Positions 50,307-62,949 of a stretch of DNA of 64,000 nt are shown one piece after another. The notes under the pieces were generated by a model that was given only the letters and a program-made list of their open reading frames with translations, was not told where the DNA came from and made no database searches. Each line of letters opens with the position of its first letter. Position 1 is the first letter of the stretch. The DNA is taken from contig CM052816.1 in assembly GCA_028534125.1 (NCBI GenBank), positions 34,164,001-34,228,000 of the forward strand. The letters run 5' to 3'. Position numbers and translations under genes: made by a program. The DNA is from Lama glama (Eukaryota).

Positions 50307-50528
50307 TATGGTCCTAAACCAAGAACCCCACAAGCCAATCTGGTATACTATCTCTCTTAATAAAGTTTTACTGGAACACAGCCACACCCACTCACTCAGG
50401 CATTTTCTCAGCCGCATGTGTGCTGCCATGCAGAGTCGAGAAGTTGCCCCAGACACTTGAGACCACGTGTCTCAGAACCCTAAAATATTTGCCACACTGC
50501 TCTTTACAGGGAACATTTGTTGACCCTA
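50307..50528. mobile_element. MER58A (hAT-Charlie MITE)
   Basis: 'aataaagttttactggaacacagccacaccca...ctaaaatattt...ctttacagggaacatttgttgaccct'. Confidence 0.85.
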
Positions 50529-51089
50529 TTTCTAAACCATCATTAAGACTGACTTTTCTTGGTAGTCACACGTATAACAGAGTAAATGCCTGCTATGCTT
50601 AGCGCCTTTGGAACTCCACCCAGCTCCCTTCCACACCTGCTATGTCCCAACCTTCACGCCCATTTTCCATACGAGGACCATCTTGTCTTCAGTTTCACCA
50701 ACATCCCCCCTCTCTCCACAGTGCACCCTAGTGACCATCCAGCATTCTAGTAATAAGTTCTACAAAATGTCTACAGAAAATTGTTTTTTATATATGGTGT
50801 TAATTTTTTAAAATTTGCCCAGTAGCAAGACATGGAGGAGCACTGAGTGGTTAGGTCTATGTAAAATGGTGTAATTAGTTTTTCTCCTTTGTTCTCTTTC
50901 CTACAAGGCATATCAGCAGAGCAAAAGACTGGCAAGGAAGCAAAGCTGAAACACTTCAATAATCCTTATACCAGAAAAGCAGCTCATAATAACTAATATT
51001 TAGCTGCAACAGCTCTGAAGGCAAATACAATGTCCTTGGTTTTCCTACAATGTAGTAAGATAACTTACTTTAAGTTCGTACTTGAAGAA

Positions 51090-51320
51090 GTATTATGTTA
51101 AGAGACATTATCATTTAATAATTCAGAACAAGGATTGTTTGCCAAATCCTACCTTTGTCACTCATTTGCTTATGTCACTTCTTTGTATCTCAGTCTTCTC
51201 GCCTGTAAAACAGGAATAATACTATTGTTTATATAACAGTTTTATGAACATTACATGAGGTCAGATACAAAAAATACTTAGAACAGAATTATAAGATTAA
51301 TGCTATCTCTTTGTTATTGT
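51090..51320 (+). mobile_element. MIR SINE
   Basis: 'caaatcctacctttgtcact...tctcagtcttctcgcctgtaaaacaggaataata...tacttagaacag'. Confidence 0.7.
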
Positions 51321-51629
51321 TTTTATTTTTATTTCCTGCATTTTGTTTGTCTCTATTTTCAAAGTAATGAGTATTTTCATTTAGAAGAGAGTCCAGCCAT
51401 ATTCTGACTGAATTTCTACTTTTACACACCGCTTCCATCCCATTTCACCTGTTACACTGGGTCATACTTGACTCTCTCCTAACCCCTTCGCACTTGCTGA
51501 TCACAACCAAAGTTTCCACCCTTGGCAAAAGATCTCACCAACTGAGTAAGTGGAATCAGGGGCGTGGACGTGGAGAGGCTAAGACCTGAAAACAGTGGCT
51601 ATTTGACCACTTTTCCAGGGCCCACTCCC

Positions 51630-51733
51630 CCAACCTCATGAAGGCAGGAATTGCATCTTGTTCACATCTCTGTACCAAACCCGTAAATGATGTCTCATAG
51701 GTGTGCATGAATATTTATGGAAGGTTGAAATAA
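51630..51733 (+). mobile_element. L2 3' fragment
   Basis: 'ctcatgaaggcaggaattgcatcttgttcacatctctgtacc...cataggtgtgcatgaatatttatggaa'. Confidence 0.55.
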
Positions 51734-52129
51734 ACTGCACAGGGAAGCGAAGGCCAGTGAGGGAGACAAGGGTGGGGACTGAATGCTGAGCCTTCACCAG
51801 CAGCTGTTCCTCTGACCCCGTGGTCAATGATCAGTATGGAAAATGACTACACCAGGGCGACAGGGATCATTGAAAGCAACAGCACAAGTTGAAGGTAGCA
51901 AAGTTAAGCAAAAATCAGGGGAATGCTTTCTGGGAAGAATGGCTCAGGGTCAATTTTGCATGTACTAGAAGTTTGCCAATTCCAGATATATACATACAAA
52001 TATAGGTACTATCTAATTAGACAAGAACCAGGTATTACTTTCAAGTTTCAGTAAAGAAGAACCATTTATTCCTAATGTGTCTGATAATGTTTCCACTCTT
52101 CTGGTATTTGGTAATCACTTATGTGGCTA

Positions 52130-52700
52130 ACCATTTATTTGCCATTATTAATTCAGCCTAGGCCTATTAAGCACATATATGATGCCATGCATTCTGCTAC
52201 AGACGGAGGACGTTCTTAAAAAACAAGAAAATGAATAGCACACTGCTCCTGCCCCTGTTCTGAAAGAATGCCACTTGAAAGATAAAAATGTTCAAAATGA
52301 CAAATAATATAACACGGTAAATGCTAATCTGGGCAAGGAAGAAAGGCGATTGGCGAAAGGAGAAGAGAACTGTTACACTCTCCTACCACGGACATCCCTG
52401 ATGACTTTAGAAATGGGAGACATTTCAGTTAACCTTTGAAGCTGAAATTTGACAAGCAGTGAAGGACTAAAGTATATGTCAGACAGATGTGGGGAGGGTA
52501 AGACAAAGCAAACTTTGGAAATGGCAAGTCATCTGGGTGCCTAGAATATGGAGGATGTACTACGTAGTAACAGGAGAGGAGACAGAGAAGATGTTTGAGG
52601 CCAGACTGACAAAGATTTACTTGACACATGCATTGGAAGTCATCAGAGAGATTTTAAGGAAAAGAATGTTGTGCTATATTCCAGAAAATTCAGCTCTCTG
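52130..52700 (-). mobile_element. L2, decayed
   Basis: 'tattaagcacatatatgatgccatgcattctgcta...gctcctgcccct...ggaagtcatcagagagattttaag'. Confidence 0.55.
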
Positions 52701-52729
52701 ACTTGGGAAGATTCCTTCAGTTCTACCTT

Positions 52730-52880
52730 CAAAAGTGAGTTTCCTTATCGGTAAGAGATCATTACCAGTGCCTCTCTCTTGTGGCTGTTGTGAGGGCTAA
52801 ATGAGCTAATACATGCTCATTTAGTACTTAAAACAGTGTCAGATTCATATTAAGTCTTCTTTAAAAATATCTCTTACTAT
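52730..52880 (+). mobile_element. MIR 3' half
   Basis: 'agtttccttatcggtaa...ggctgttgtgagggctaaatgagctaatacatg...acttaaaacagtgtc'. Confidence 0.7.
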
Positions 52881-54229
52881 CATCTTCAAGAGTGAACTTC
52901 TCATTCGTGACCCACTGTCATGGCGTTTTTGGAAGATCTACTACTTCCCTCCTCCTAGGTCACCCAGAACAGTACTAGATGCTCTGTGTTTGTGCACGGT
53001 CCCTGTCAAGATCCAGTGCCAGAGTACGAGCTGTGCTGGCTGCACATACATCAGGGTGCCAAGAGTCCAGAGTGCAAGATGACAAATTATGGGCAGATCA
53101 GCTATTAATCACTCATGCCAAACCAAAGAGAAGGCTGTCCACAAGTTTCTGCAAGGTGAGCCTTTTCTCCATTACCTGAACCAACATTATTTTATCCTGT
53201 GCTTAGCTTCCTCCAGGATTTCCTTCTGAAACACTTTTTGAAAGAAACCTTGCTCGTCAGATTTGCTGCAATTTTTAAGCAGCTTCCTTCTCTGCTGTTT
53301 TTCCATCAGGCAGCTATCTCTGAACTCCCGGAACCCTGAAGTTCTAGACATGGCCAGCAGAACAAATTGATCTTCTTTATTATATCAAATTTGACCTTTA
53401 CTTTCCCCCATATTATATTGATATTTGATGTGGCTTTCCATTTTTAAAAGCACCAATATGGTAAAAAGAAACTATCAGTGTCTGATATGCTAAATGCCAG
53501 TTCCGGGGACTGACTGCCCAGAGGCTAACTTGGGAACAGCTATCTTTGTTTACCCACTGCAACTCCCTCAATTGAGAAACGATCTCATCACACTGCTCAT
53601 CTAGGATATAGTTCAGAAAGCAGTCCCCTAAAATGATTAAGCCTCCAAATAATTCTGTTCTAGCCCAGAGCACCTGCGCTGGCCCACAGCAACGCCCCAC
53701 GGTGCGCCCCTTCCGTCCCTTCTGCAGGCAGTCTCCTCTGCTCAGGCAGACCCCACCACCAAAGTGCCACCTTTAGTCTTTCAAAGGGCCTCAGTATCCT
53801 CCCTAGCCTGGATTTCGTTGAACTTAAGTGATTTGTCCTTAAATTAAAATGAGTGGTGAAATAATGTCCTTGACTGGATTCTTTACCTGACAGTGCTAAT
53901 ATGTACTAGACTTTGATCAACTATTTATGCAAGAGAAGCTTCAAAATCAGTAGCAGATGCAGGACAGAGTAAAACTAATTGTGTATGTGTAAATGACACA
54001 TGCTGATATAAAGTACATTTCTAAATACAGCATTCATCTGTTTTATTTATGTGAAATGGACTTACAATAGTACTATTTTGCTCATTCAATCTTTTATTCA
54101 TTCACTTATTTATTAAATCAGTATCTGAGTAAGGCCACTCTATCATTGAATTCTTTGCTTTCTCTTCTACACTCTCTTAGCTCTTTACAAGTCACTTAAA
54201 CTAATATTTATTTTTAATAGATAACCTCT

Positions 54230-54662
54230 AAATATGTCTAATCTTGAAATTACATACTGAGAAATTTTTGTGATGCTAAGATTTGTGTGCAATTATTTTC
54301 ACTGCAGCATTATTTATAGTAAAAAATGTAGAAACAACCTAAATAGCAGTAGAGGAACAGTTAAATAAATGATGGCACATGTGTACAATAAAGTGCTGTA
54401 AAACAATCTCAATGCTCATATGAAATTTTTAATGATGGCAAAATATTCATTTCACAATATTAGTAGGAAAATGATATACAAAACTTTATTCCTAGTCCTA
54501 ATACAATTTAAATTATATTAAATTTTTATGAATAAAGTGATTATTAACTGATACATTAATAGTGATCATTTCTGAATTAGAAAATTATGAATATTATCTA
54601 TTACCTTCTTTATGTATGTGTGTGTAATAAGCATACATAACTTTTACGATTATAAAACAAAA
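54230..54662 (+). mobile_element. L1ME 3' end
   Basis: 'ttcactgcagcattatttatagtaaaaaatgtagaaacaacctaaat...gttaaataaatgatggcacat...aagcatacataactttt'. Confidence 0.75.
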
Positions 54663-54689
54663 CTGCGAAGAATTTTTTTAAAGTAAGTC

Positions 54690-55000
54690 CCTCATGTGTG
54701 TCACACTATGTTGCCTCTGTAAAGGAATCAGAAAAAAAATTTAAAAATTGACTGGTTCTCTTGGAGCTTAGAATTTATAGGGGATGCTAAGGAGATAAAT
54801 GTGATTTTAAAAAAGAACAATACAAAACAGAATTAAAATTAAAACTGAGAAACTGTTCTCTATGGGCTACTACCACTGAAAGAGTGAAGAAATACGGGTT
54901 TAGTGGAGGCTCAGGAGCAGGAAATACAGCACGGGAGCAGGCTCAGATGGGTTTGAATGGGTAGAAGGAAAGGAGAGATAAGAGTGCACCAGGGCATGGG
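54690..55000 (-). mobile_element. L2 (tail probably at about 54075-54130, split by the L1ME)
   Basis: 'tgtgtcacactatgtt...ttctcttggagcttagaatttatag'. An (attc)n-like L2 tail lies at 54083-54115. Confidence 0.5.
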
Positions 55001-55049
55001 GTCAGTCCATGTTCCACCTTTGGTTTTAGGCAACTTTATTAGAGTAGGG

Positions 55050-55510
55050 TTTATATTACATAATCAGGGTTCGGTTAGAAAAAAAGAAAAAATTCTATTT
55101 GAATGTATTTAAAACAGAAACGAATATAGCAGTACAGGAAATTAACAGCTTATGCACATGCAAAGGCCCAGAGAGAGTCAGAATCTCATGTAGAGAGGTA
55201 AGAACCTGCAGAAAACCAGTAACACATCACAGTTACCCACACACCTGTGGCAGGTGAATGGCAAATGAAAACAGAGATCATTACAAAACTTATTTCTGTA
55301 AAGCCAATAGTCCACTGTCAGAGTAAGAATAAAATAGCTTCTGCCTATTTTCTAAATCTGCTAAATCTAAATAAGTCTACTAGGCAAAAGGTCAATCCAA
55401 CCAAAATACAAGAGACAAGGTGGTCTAGAAAATGTAGTTCCCAGGCTTGTAGACTCTGCCACACAGGATAAAGCAGAAAAGGCATAAGGATGAGTGCTGA
55501 GTGCCCAACT
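55050..55510 (-). mobile_element. Ancient ERV LTR (LTR78/79-like)
   Basis: 'ataatcagggttcggttagaaaa...tctagaaaatgtagttcccaggctt...ggatgagtgctgagtgcccaac'. Confidence 0.5.
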
Positions 55511-56589
55511 CCCTCCTCAGACATTTATCACAGATAGTTGTATAAAGCCTTGAAAGCCAAGGTCAGGAGATTAGCGTTTAAAACAGTAGGGTTCTCAAAG
55601 CACGTGAGAAAAAGACGTTCTCAAAGCACGTGTTGGAAAAGTAAGTTGGTTAAGAAAAATGGTCTTACTGTGCCAAATATATTCCAAGCTGCTTCACCAA
55701 TGCAGGGTATCACCAAAACCCCAAATGACTGCAGAGAACTAAAGGGAAATCAAAAGTGGGGTCAAAGTCAAATGGGGGCACTACAATGGCCACGTGTTCA
55801 AATCGCACTACGGGTCTGGAGTTGTTTTACGTGAACCACACAACCACCCTGACCCTTTCAGCCAGTCAATTTGCTCAACAATACTCAGCTAAAAAAAGAA
55901 AAGAAAGGCATGAAATCCAACTGGTTTTTAAACTGTTGTTCTAATAGAAGCACGTAGACCCAACGTAACGTAACTGCTTCTACAGTCAACTCTGGTCAAA
56001 TGAGAAATGTCACACTCATGCCCACCAGTCTTCCATGGTGATGTTTTTACTCAAATACTATTTTCATATCATCACATGTCTGATTTTCAGTATTTCTCCC
56101 AAAGTGGTTTAGGAAGATTATACTTTAGATTTCTGACACATTGTGAATAGGATGATTCTAATATAAATTCCTACATGCTGAAAGGTAATTTCTGTTTAGA
56201 AACAAAAAAAATTTCAAACAGACAAAACAAAAATGAAATTGAAACCCTTAAACTCTCCTCCCTTAGGGGTGTGGGTGGGGTGAGGTAACTCTTCATAAAT
56301 AAGGGAGAAAGTTTTGAAGGATTTTGAACAATTTCCCCTAGTCTCCTACTACCCTGTCTTTACAACCTACTGGTCGGTAAATTCTTTGGATGCAGATGGC
56401 CTGCTTTATGTTTCCCAAAGCTACTGACCTCAGACACTGGCCTACAGCTCTTGTTTGATGAATAAATCTACTCTAATAGCCTCCCTATCACTGCTGCTAT
56501 ATCACAAGTCTGCTCTGAGACTTGAAATGATAGAAATATCTTGGTGTGGAATTTTATTACGTTAGAAGCCACTCCATAGCAGGACTAAA

Positions 56590-56665
56590 AGAGGAGGAAG
56601 TGGATGAGGAAAGGAGGAGTAGGAAGAGGGCAAGGAAGGAAGGAAGGATGATGAAAGGAAAGGAA
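56590..56665. repeat. Purine-rich (GGA/GGAA)n low-complexity tract
   Basis: Directly visible. Confidence 0.85.
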
Positions 56666-58659
56666 GTATGATGGAAAACTTTCAGATTGAACAATATCTT
56701 ACTCAAAGAAATTATAACAAGAGTTGAAACGAAACACAGAGTAGAGCAAAATGAAGCCACATATGGTCCTGATTATTATCCATTAAAAAAGATCTGTGTT
56801 CAGCATGCCCAAACTTAGAAAGCAAGGCTGAGACTATGGAAAATGTGTAGGTCATCTTCTAAATTATGTTTTTGAAGACATTTTAAATCATGACAAAGCT
56901 CTTGAGTGGAGGGAAACAGAAAATTCTATATAAAAAGTCATGATAAATAGGTAGTGTTCTCTGTGATCTATAATTCCCCAAATTGATTTTTTAATAAAAC
57001 TGTTCATATTACTGTCATTAATATAGATCTCACAATCTTATCTACTCAGCTCGTCTACCAGGAACGACGATTAAGGCGGGCACTTCTGCTACTTTTGGAA
57101 AAATTCTTTCAAGCCCATTTTCCTTGGATCAGCCCTCAACATAAATTTTGTCCCTTGTGGAGGGAAAAAGTACAGGCCCAGAAACCAGGAAAGCCTATTT
57201 TTATCAAGGAAGTGGGGTGCTGCGTATTTATGCACAATGCCCCATGTAAATCAGGAGGCCCCAAAACTAAAGGCATTAAAAATTCCAGATCTTTCTGCAG
57301 AATACTGTGGTTGGTGCATTTTTATGTGAAAACAACTTAAAGCTGAGATTCAAGTTCTCTGTGGCTGCAACTTTTTTGCCTTAATAAAGATGTGAGGCCA
57401 GAAAGAATTGCCATCAATTCACAACCTATTTTTCCTTCCAAAATTACATTTTTCTTATAAATATCCCTGGAAAACAACCTGAAGAATCCAATAAACCCTA
57501 AATCACTTTGCCAGTGACCTTACTTCTGGTTAAATGTACTTGTCAGCATCCTGGAGGAAACATTGAAATTTGTGACCTTTCGATGAGCGATGCAGGTGAA
57601 ACCTGTGATTTGGAACCGAGGGTTTTGAGAACTTTCTAAACAGAGAACAGAGGTTCTATATCCAGGATCCTCTAAAATGTCTACCTGTGTGCTCCTGTCA
57701 CTCTGTTCTTCTTTGGTCACCAACATGGGCTCGAAAGAATTTTGTGGTACTACTGTAATTAAACATCAGGCTTCAAGTTTAAATGCACCAGGAGGGTTTT
57801 TATCAAACCCTTTTCTCTGACCCTCCCCTCCCCATCTTTCCCACCCTGTGGGCAGCAGCCTTGCAAAGCCTGCCTTTATTGTCCACTTGGTTTGTATTTT
57901 TATCTGATTGAGAATGACATACCCGCTGAGACTTCGCTTTTTATTCTCTCCTGTATTTCAAAGCTTGTTCCTCCCTCAGTCCTGACACCAGCAATCCTTT
58001 GTGGTTTTTCTTGGACCTCAAAGGCTTAATGGTCTAGCAAAGAACTTGAATATTTGGAAATATATCCCAACCATCTTTAACGGCAGCTTCAGAGAAGTTC
58101 AGGGAGCAGCCAGCCACTCAAAAAAGTGCCCATGGTTAAATGTTCCAGGGAAGGTTTTGTCTTTAAAACCAAGTGAATATATTAAAAAATTCCTTTAAAA
58201 CCTGCAGCACGCACCCAGGCAGCTGAGGGACGTTTCAAGCCTCACTGCGGGTAAGAAGATGAAATAAAGTTTAAAAGTTAATTAGTTAGCTGTCTTCCTG
58301 AATTTTTGGTGGCCCCTTCCCTGGGGCGGTGGGGAAGGGAAGAGCATGATTGGGGAGAGGTACTATTTTATGAAGCTACTTATTTGAAAGTAGGGTAATA
58401 TTGTATGTCTAATTGCCTCATATGCAGACATAACTGCAATAAACCCAGGTGAGCAGTTATGAAAGGAGGCATTCTATTATTCTCATTAAGGCTCTCATTT
58501 GGTACTTTTTAAAAAACTTCAAATGAATTCAGCTATTATTTAAAATCCTTGGAGGTTAATAATTTGCTTATTTCTTTGTCACGGATTATCTCTTAGGGAA
58601 GTCCTGACATGAGAGAGATAGAGGGAGAAAGGCAAAAAGAGAGAAGGAGGAGAGAGAGA

Positions 58660-58885
58660 AAATATATATGTTACCCGTGTGTCAAAACTGTTCTTAACAT
58701 TTTGCAAATATTAACTTATTTCATCTTCAACAACACTGTGCAGAGTATTACTTTTGCTCCTATTTTATAAAAGAGGAAAGTGAAGTATAGAAAGGCAAAT
58801 AACTTGCCCAAGACTGCATAGCTAGTCAGTAGCAGAGATGGGACTTCAACCCAGGAAATCTAACCTCAGAATCTAGACACTCCAT
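58660..58885 (-). mobile_element. MIR SINE
   Basis: 'cctattttataaaagaggaaagtgaagtatagaaaggcaaataacttgcccaagactgcatagctagtcagtagcagagatgggacttcaacccagg'. Confidence 0.85.
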
Positions 58886-59034
58886 CAGCTAGACCTTTGA
58901 CAGCAACTTAGGACTCTATTTTTAAGGCCTGCTAAAATCAAATACACACACATACACAGTCGCTTCCCAACCTCAGGTCCTTCTGAGGAGAAGCTGAAGA
59001 TATCAGCTTCTCCATCATGCTGTGTCCAACCCAA

Positions 59035-59340
59035 GTTCTGCTCCTTGTACTCACTCAGGGACCCAGGCTGACAGAGGCTTCATCTCAACACATGCTCCCC
59101 ACTAAAACCATCCTAGTGGGAAGGGAAGGTGGCAAGGCACACAGTGGCTCTTAAAGTTACACTCAGCACTCTCACTCACATGGCATTTGTCAATGTAAGT
59201 CATTTGGCCACTTTCAACCTGAAGGGAACTGCGAAAGGCAATCCTACTATGTTTCCTAAAGTAGGAGTGATATGTTGGATGGAATTGGGGACTGGACAAC
59301 CCGACACATGGAACGAACTGCTCTCATGACTGCCAGCACA
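59035..59340 (-). mobile_element. MLT1I/J-type LTR fragment
   Basis: 'cactcagggacccaggctgacagaggc...cagtggctcttaaag...gtaagtcatttggccac...caatcctactatgt'. Confidence 0.65.
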
Positions 59341-60337
59341 CCTTTTTGGGACCCACCAAGTTCCCATATCTCAACAGTTCCCCTCTACATCTTTTTTGCC
59401 TTTAACTGGTAATGCATTTTTCAATCTCCAGGGGGAAGACCCACTTTCTTTCAACTTTTGGTCTCCAGTGCACCATTTATTGAGAATATTTTTGTCCATG
59501 TTACCTTAAAGACCAAGAATTTTTGAATGTAAAATTCAGAAAGAGACTTAAAATCACTGGGCTTTCTGCTCTGCATTTCTTCCCTGTGGCAGTATGTATA
59601 GGCTATTATCTGCTTGAAAGGGAGGAGGAACATGAGTTAATATTTTGAAAATATTACCCTATCACAATGCTACCAGATGATGATAAAATCTTAGAGTTCA
59701 GAGGTCGGTGCAATATTTTCTTTAATTTTCAGTCATATCACCTTTCAGCTCATTAAATTCAATCTCAGCTGGGAATTTATGAAGCTCTGCTCCTTCCTGG
59801 TCTTTCTCCCTCTCCAGACTTTATGTACACTTTCTGCTCCCTACCTTCCACTAGCATCACTGCCAGGATCTGAGCTCTTAACATTCAGTTCTGAGGGGTA
59901 AGGTAGGCTCTTCCCACCCTGTAAATCACTGAGACTTTAGCCACTTCAGGGTAAAATTTTCTATGGCAGAAAAAAAAAATTTCTCACATTAATAATGATA
60001 GTCTTCTTCAGAATGTCCTTACACTATTACACAAGAAGGATTTTTATCCCTTTCCTCCATATGACCGAGTGACCCCCTCCCAGGAAGAATGAGGTAACAA
60101 TAAGCCTGCTGAGTGAAAGTGCTTGGCACGTCCCAGGTACATGATCAGTTGTTTTCCACACCCATTGTCGGTCTCATCTGTCTAACATTAACACCCTTCT
60201 GACTCATGAATTAAGCAGCTGAACCATGGCAATGTCTAACTCTAATATCTCAGTAGTATTACTTAGCTCAGTAGTTTCAAATATGCCTACATCAGTAGTT
60301 TTAAAATATAAGGATTCCTTTAAAAATACAGGTTAAA

Positions 60338-60852
60338 AAAAAAGATACACAGATGGCAAACAAGCATATGAAACTTACTCCACATCATATGCCATCAGGG
60401 AAATGCAAAGTAAAACAACAATGAGATATAACTATGTATCTACTAGAATAGCCAAAATCTACAACACTGGACACCCCCAAATTCTGGTGAGGATGTAAAA
60501 CAACATCACTCATTGCTGATGAGAATGCGACATGGTACAGCCACTTTGGAAGACAGTGTGGTGGTTTTCAATAAAACTAAACATACTTTTACCGTAAGAT
60601 CGCGCAGTTACGCTTTTTGGTACTTAGCCAAAGGTCCACAAAAACCTGCACACATATGTTTATGGCAGCTTTATTCATGACTGCCAAAGCTCGGAAGCAA
60701 TCACGATGTCACTCAGTAGGTGGGTAGACAAGCAAAGTGTGTTGCATCCAGACAGTGGGATATTATTCAGTGCTAAAAAGAAGTAAGCTACCAAGACATA
60801 AAAAGACATGGAAGAAACTTATATGCATATTACTAAGTGAAAGAAGATAATA
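60338..60852 (+). mobile_element. L1MC1-type ORF2 end / 3' UTR fragment
   Basis: 'gatacacagatggcaaacaagcatatgaaa...tggtacagccactttggaagacag...ccacaaaaacctgcacac...gcatattactaagtgaaagaag'. Confidence 0.88.
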
Positions 60853-62074
60853 TGGACAGGATATCATAATTTTCATCTTGTCCAAATGCAGAACTTTGGA
60901 TGCAACTACTCGATCTGGATATACATGCATTTAAAAATATAGGATATTTGACCCCTATACATCCAAACACAAAGTGAATGTAGTCTTTTATGATACAGAC
61001 AATATTCCAACTCCCAGATTCCAATAAATTCAAAGTTCAGAATGTTTTTCTTCTTTGTGCACTGGTACCAAAATAAAATAAATGAACGGCACTCCATAAA
61101 ACTCTGTTACTTTTGTACTACTTTTGTTTACATCTGAATTTCTCCTGGCTGTATGTTCACTGCTGTGTGGCTTGACAGACCTCAGTGTATTGGATAATGC
61201 CTCATCATTTTCATAAGAATGGCAATGGGCTATAAACTAGCGAGGTAACATGACCAGTTACCACTTGCTTCGAAGCCCCCAATACAGACACTTCCTTGGA
61301 AGACTAACAAAGATCATGAGAGCAGGTATAGAGGATGCTCTTGGTACTAAGCTAGGGAGGAAAAGTTACAACTTCAAAACTTGACATGGCTTCTAAATTT
61401 CTGGAGAGTAGTTGTATTTAAAGGACTTCGTTAGACTTGTAAAACTCTGTTTTAACACTTTTTTTTAAAAGAAGAAAGAAAGTATATAGTACAGTAGCTC
61501 CATGGTATAGTCGTTATGTTTAATAGAGGTCCTGTTGTTTGACGTTGGTTGTGGGTTTATTGATCCTTTTCAGTTACTGTGGTAGCTCTCTGAGAATTTT
61601 AGAGTTATTTCCCAGTTACCCAACGAAGTGTTGTTCATCTTTTTTTTTTTTATTGCTTCCCAACACAATATATTTTCTAGCAATGAGAATGGGAAATTCT
61701 GTTAGAAAAAGGAGACAAAAGCAAGCAGAACTAATTTATCTTCAATAATTATTGGCAAGCCAATAGGGAAACAGGGTCAATAACTTCGGTTAAATTTTCT
61801 GGGTCTCAGCCTGGAATTTATTTTCTTGTGAAGCTGAAATCCAGGAGAATTTTCCTGAACCCCAGCACCACAATACTGCACAGAAGACAAAACAAGTCAT
61901 GCTTCTGTAGCAGCCCCTCGTTCTCTGATGCATGTCTCAGACTGGAATAAAGTCTCCTGTATCCCAGAATTACAAGAATCTCTGCTAATGAGAAAGAAAC
62001 AGTAGAATTAGAACAGTGACAATTAAAATTATGGACCAAAAAACCCCACCAACCTCTGTACTTTAAACAAACAT

Positions 62075-62397
62075 TTAGGCTAATCAACAAAAATATATCT
62101 CAAAAATATGTTGAATAAAAAATAAACTACAGAGAAAAATATATACCAGGTGATACAATTTAATTTTTAAAACACAAAGTTATATACCATTTATAAATAT
62201 ATGCATATGGAAATACATACACCAGTTTCGGCATGGTAGCTATGTCCAAGGGGAGTGCACAGTGGTTCTGAGAAGCATTAAGACATGGCTTCGACTGAAT
62301 CTGCAACATTTCACTTGGTGGGTATAATGGATGTATGCAGGATTATTCTCTATGCTTTTCCATATGTCTTATTATTTCATCAGTTAAAAAATTTACA
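62075..62397 (+). mobile_element. L1ME 3' UTR
   Basis: 'atctcaaaaatatgttgaataaaaa...ggtgggtataatggatgt...ttattctctatgctttt...atttcat'. Confidence 0.65.
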
Positions 62398-62949
62398 AAG
62401 ATTTAGAATGCTTTCCAAATTATATGCCAACCCTGATATAAGGAGCTGGATGTAGACTAGCAAAGAAATGAAAAGTCTTCAAAAAGGAACAAAAGAAGAA
62501 TGATGGTGGAAAAACAGATAAGAATGATGAGAAAGTGAATCCCATTAGCCTGACCCTCTATAGGCTTCATCAGTTCCAAAGAGACTTGGCCTATGCTTAC
62601 CTACAAATCAGAGCACAAAACAAGAGGATACGTGCAATTATTTTATTTAACTATTCTATTACTCTAGATTCTCTTACCCTTAATCAGCACTTGATATGAT
62701 AGCAGTTGATCTAATTTGCTTGCCTGGCAGGGTGACCTAGACCTTTAGTCCTAAGGCTTCAGAGTCCTCAAGTGCTTTACCCCTGGGCTGCTGTCGCTAC
62801 AATTTTCAATGTGCAATTATCACTGAGTTTAAAGGTATCAAAAGATGACTGGTGAGTCCCCTGGATTTTAGAACTACTTCTTTCTGTCCTCATTTGTGTA
62901 GTGATAGCTGTAGATCCTCACTGGGACATAATGATAAAGCTCATTGAAA

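Noticed and set aside
52489..52701. Peptide 'VTGEETEKM' resembling the PDE1A N-terminus
   Set aside because: It is a short chance match inside L2-derived sequence, and the flanks do not match.
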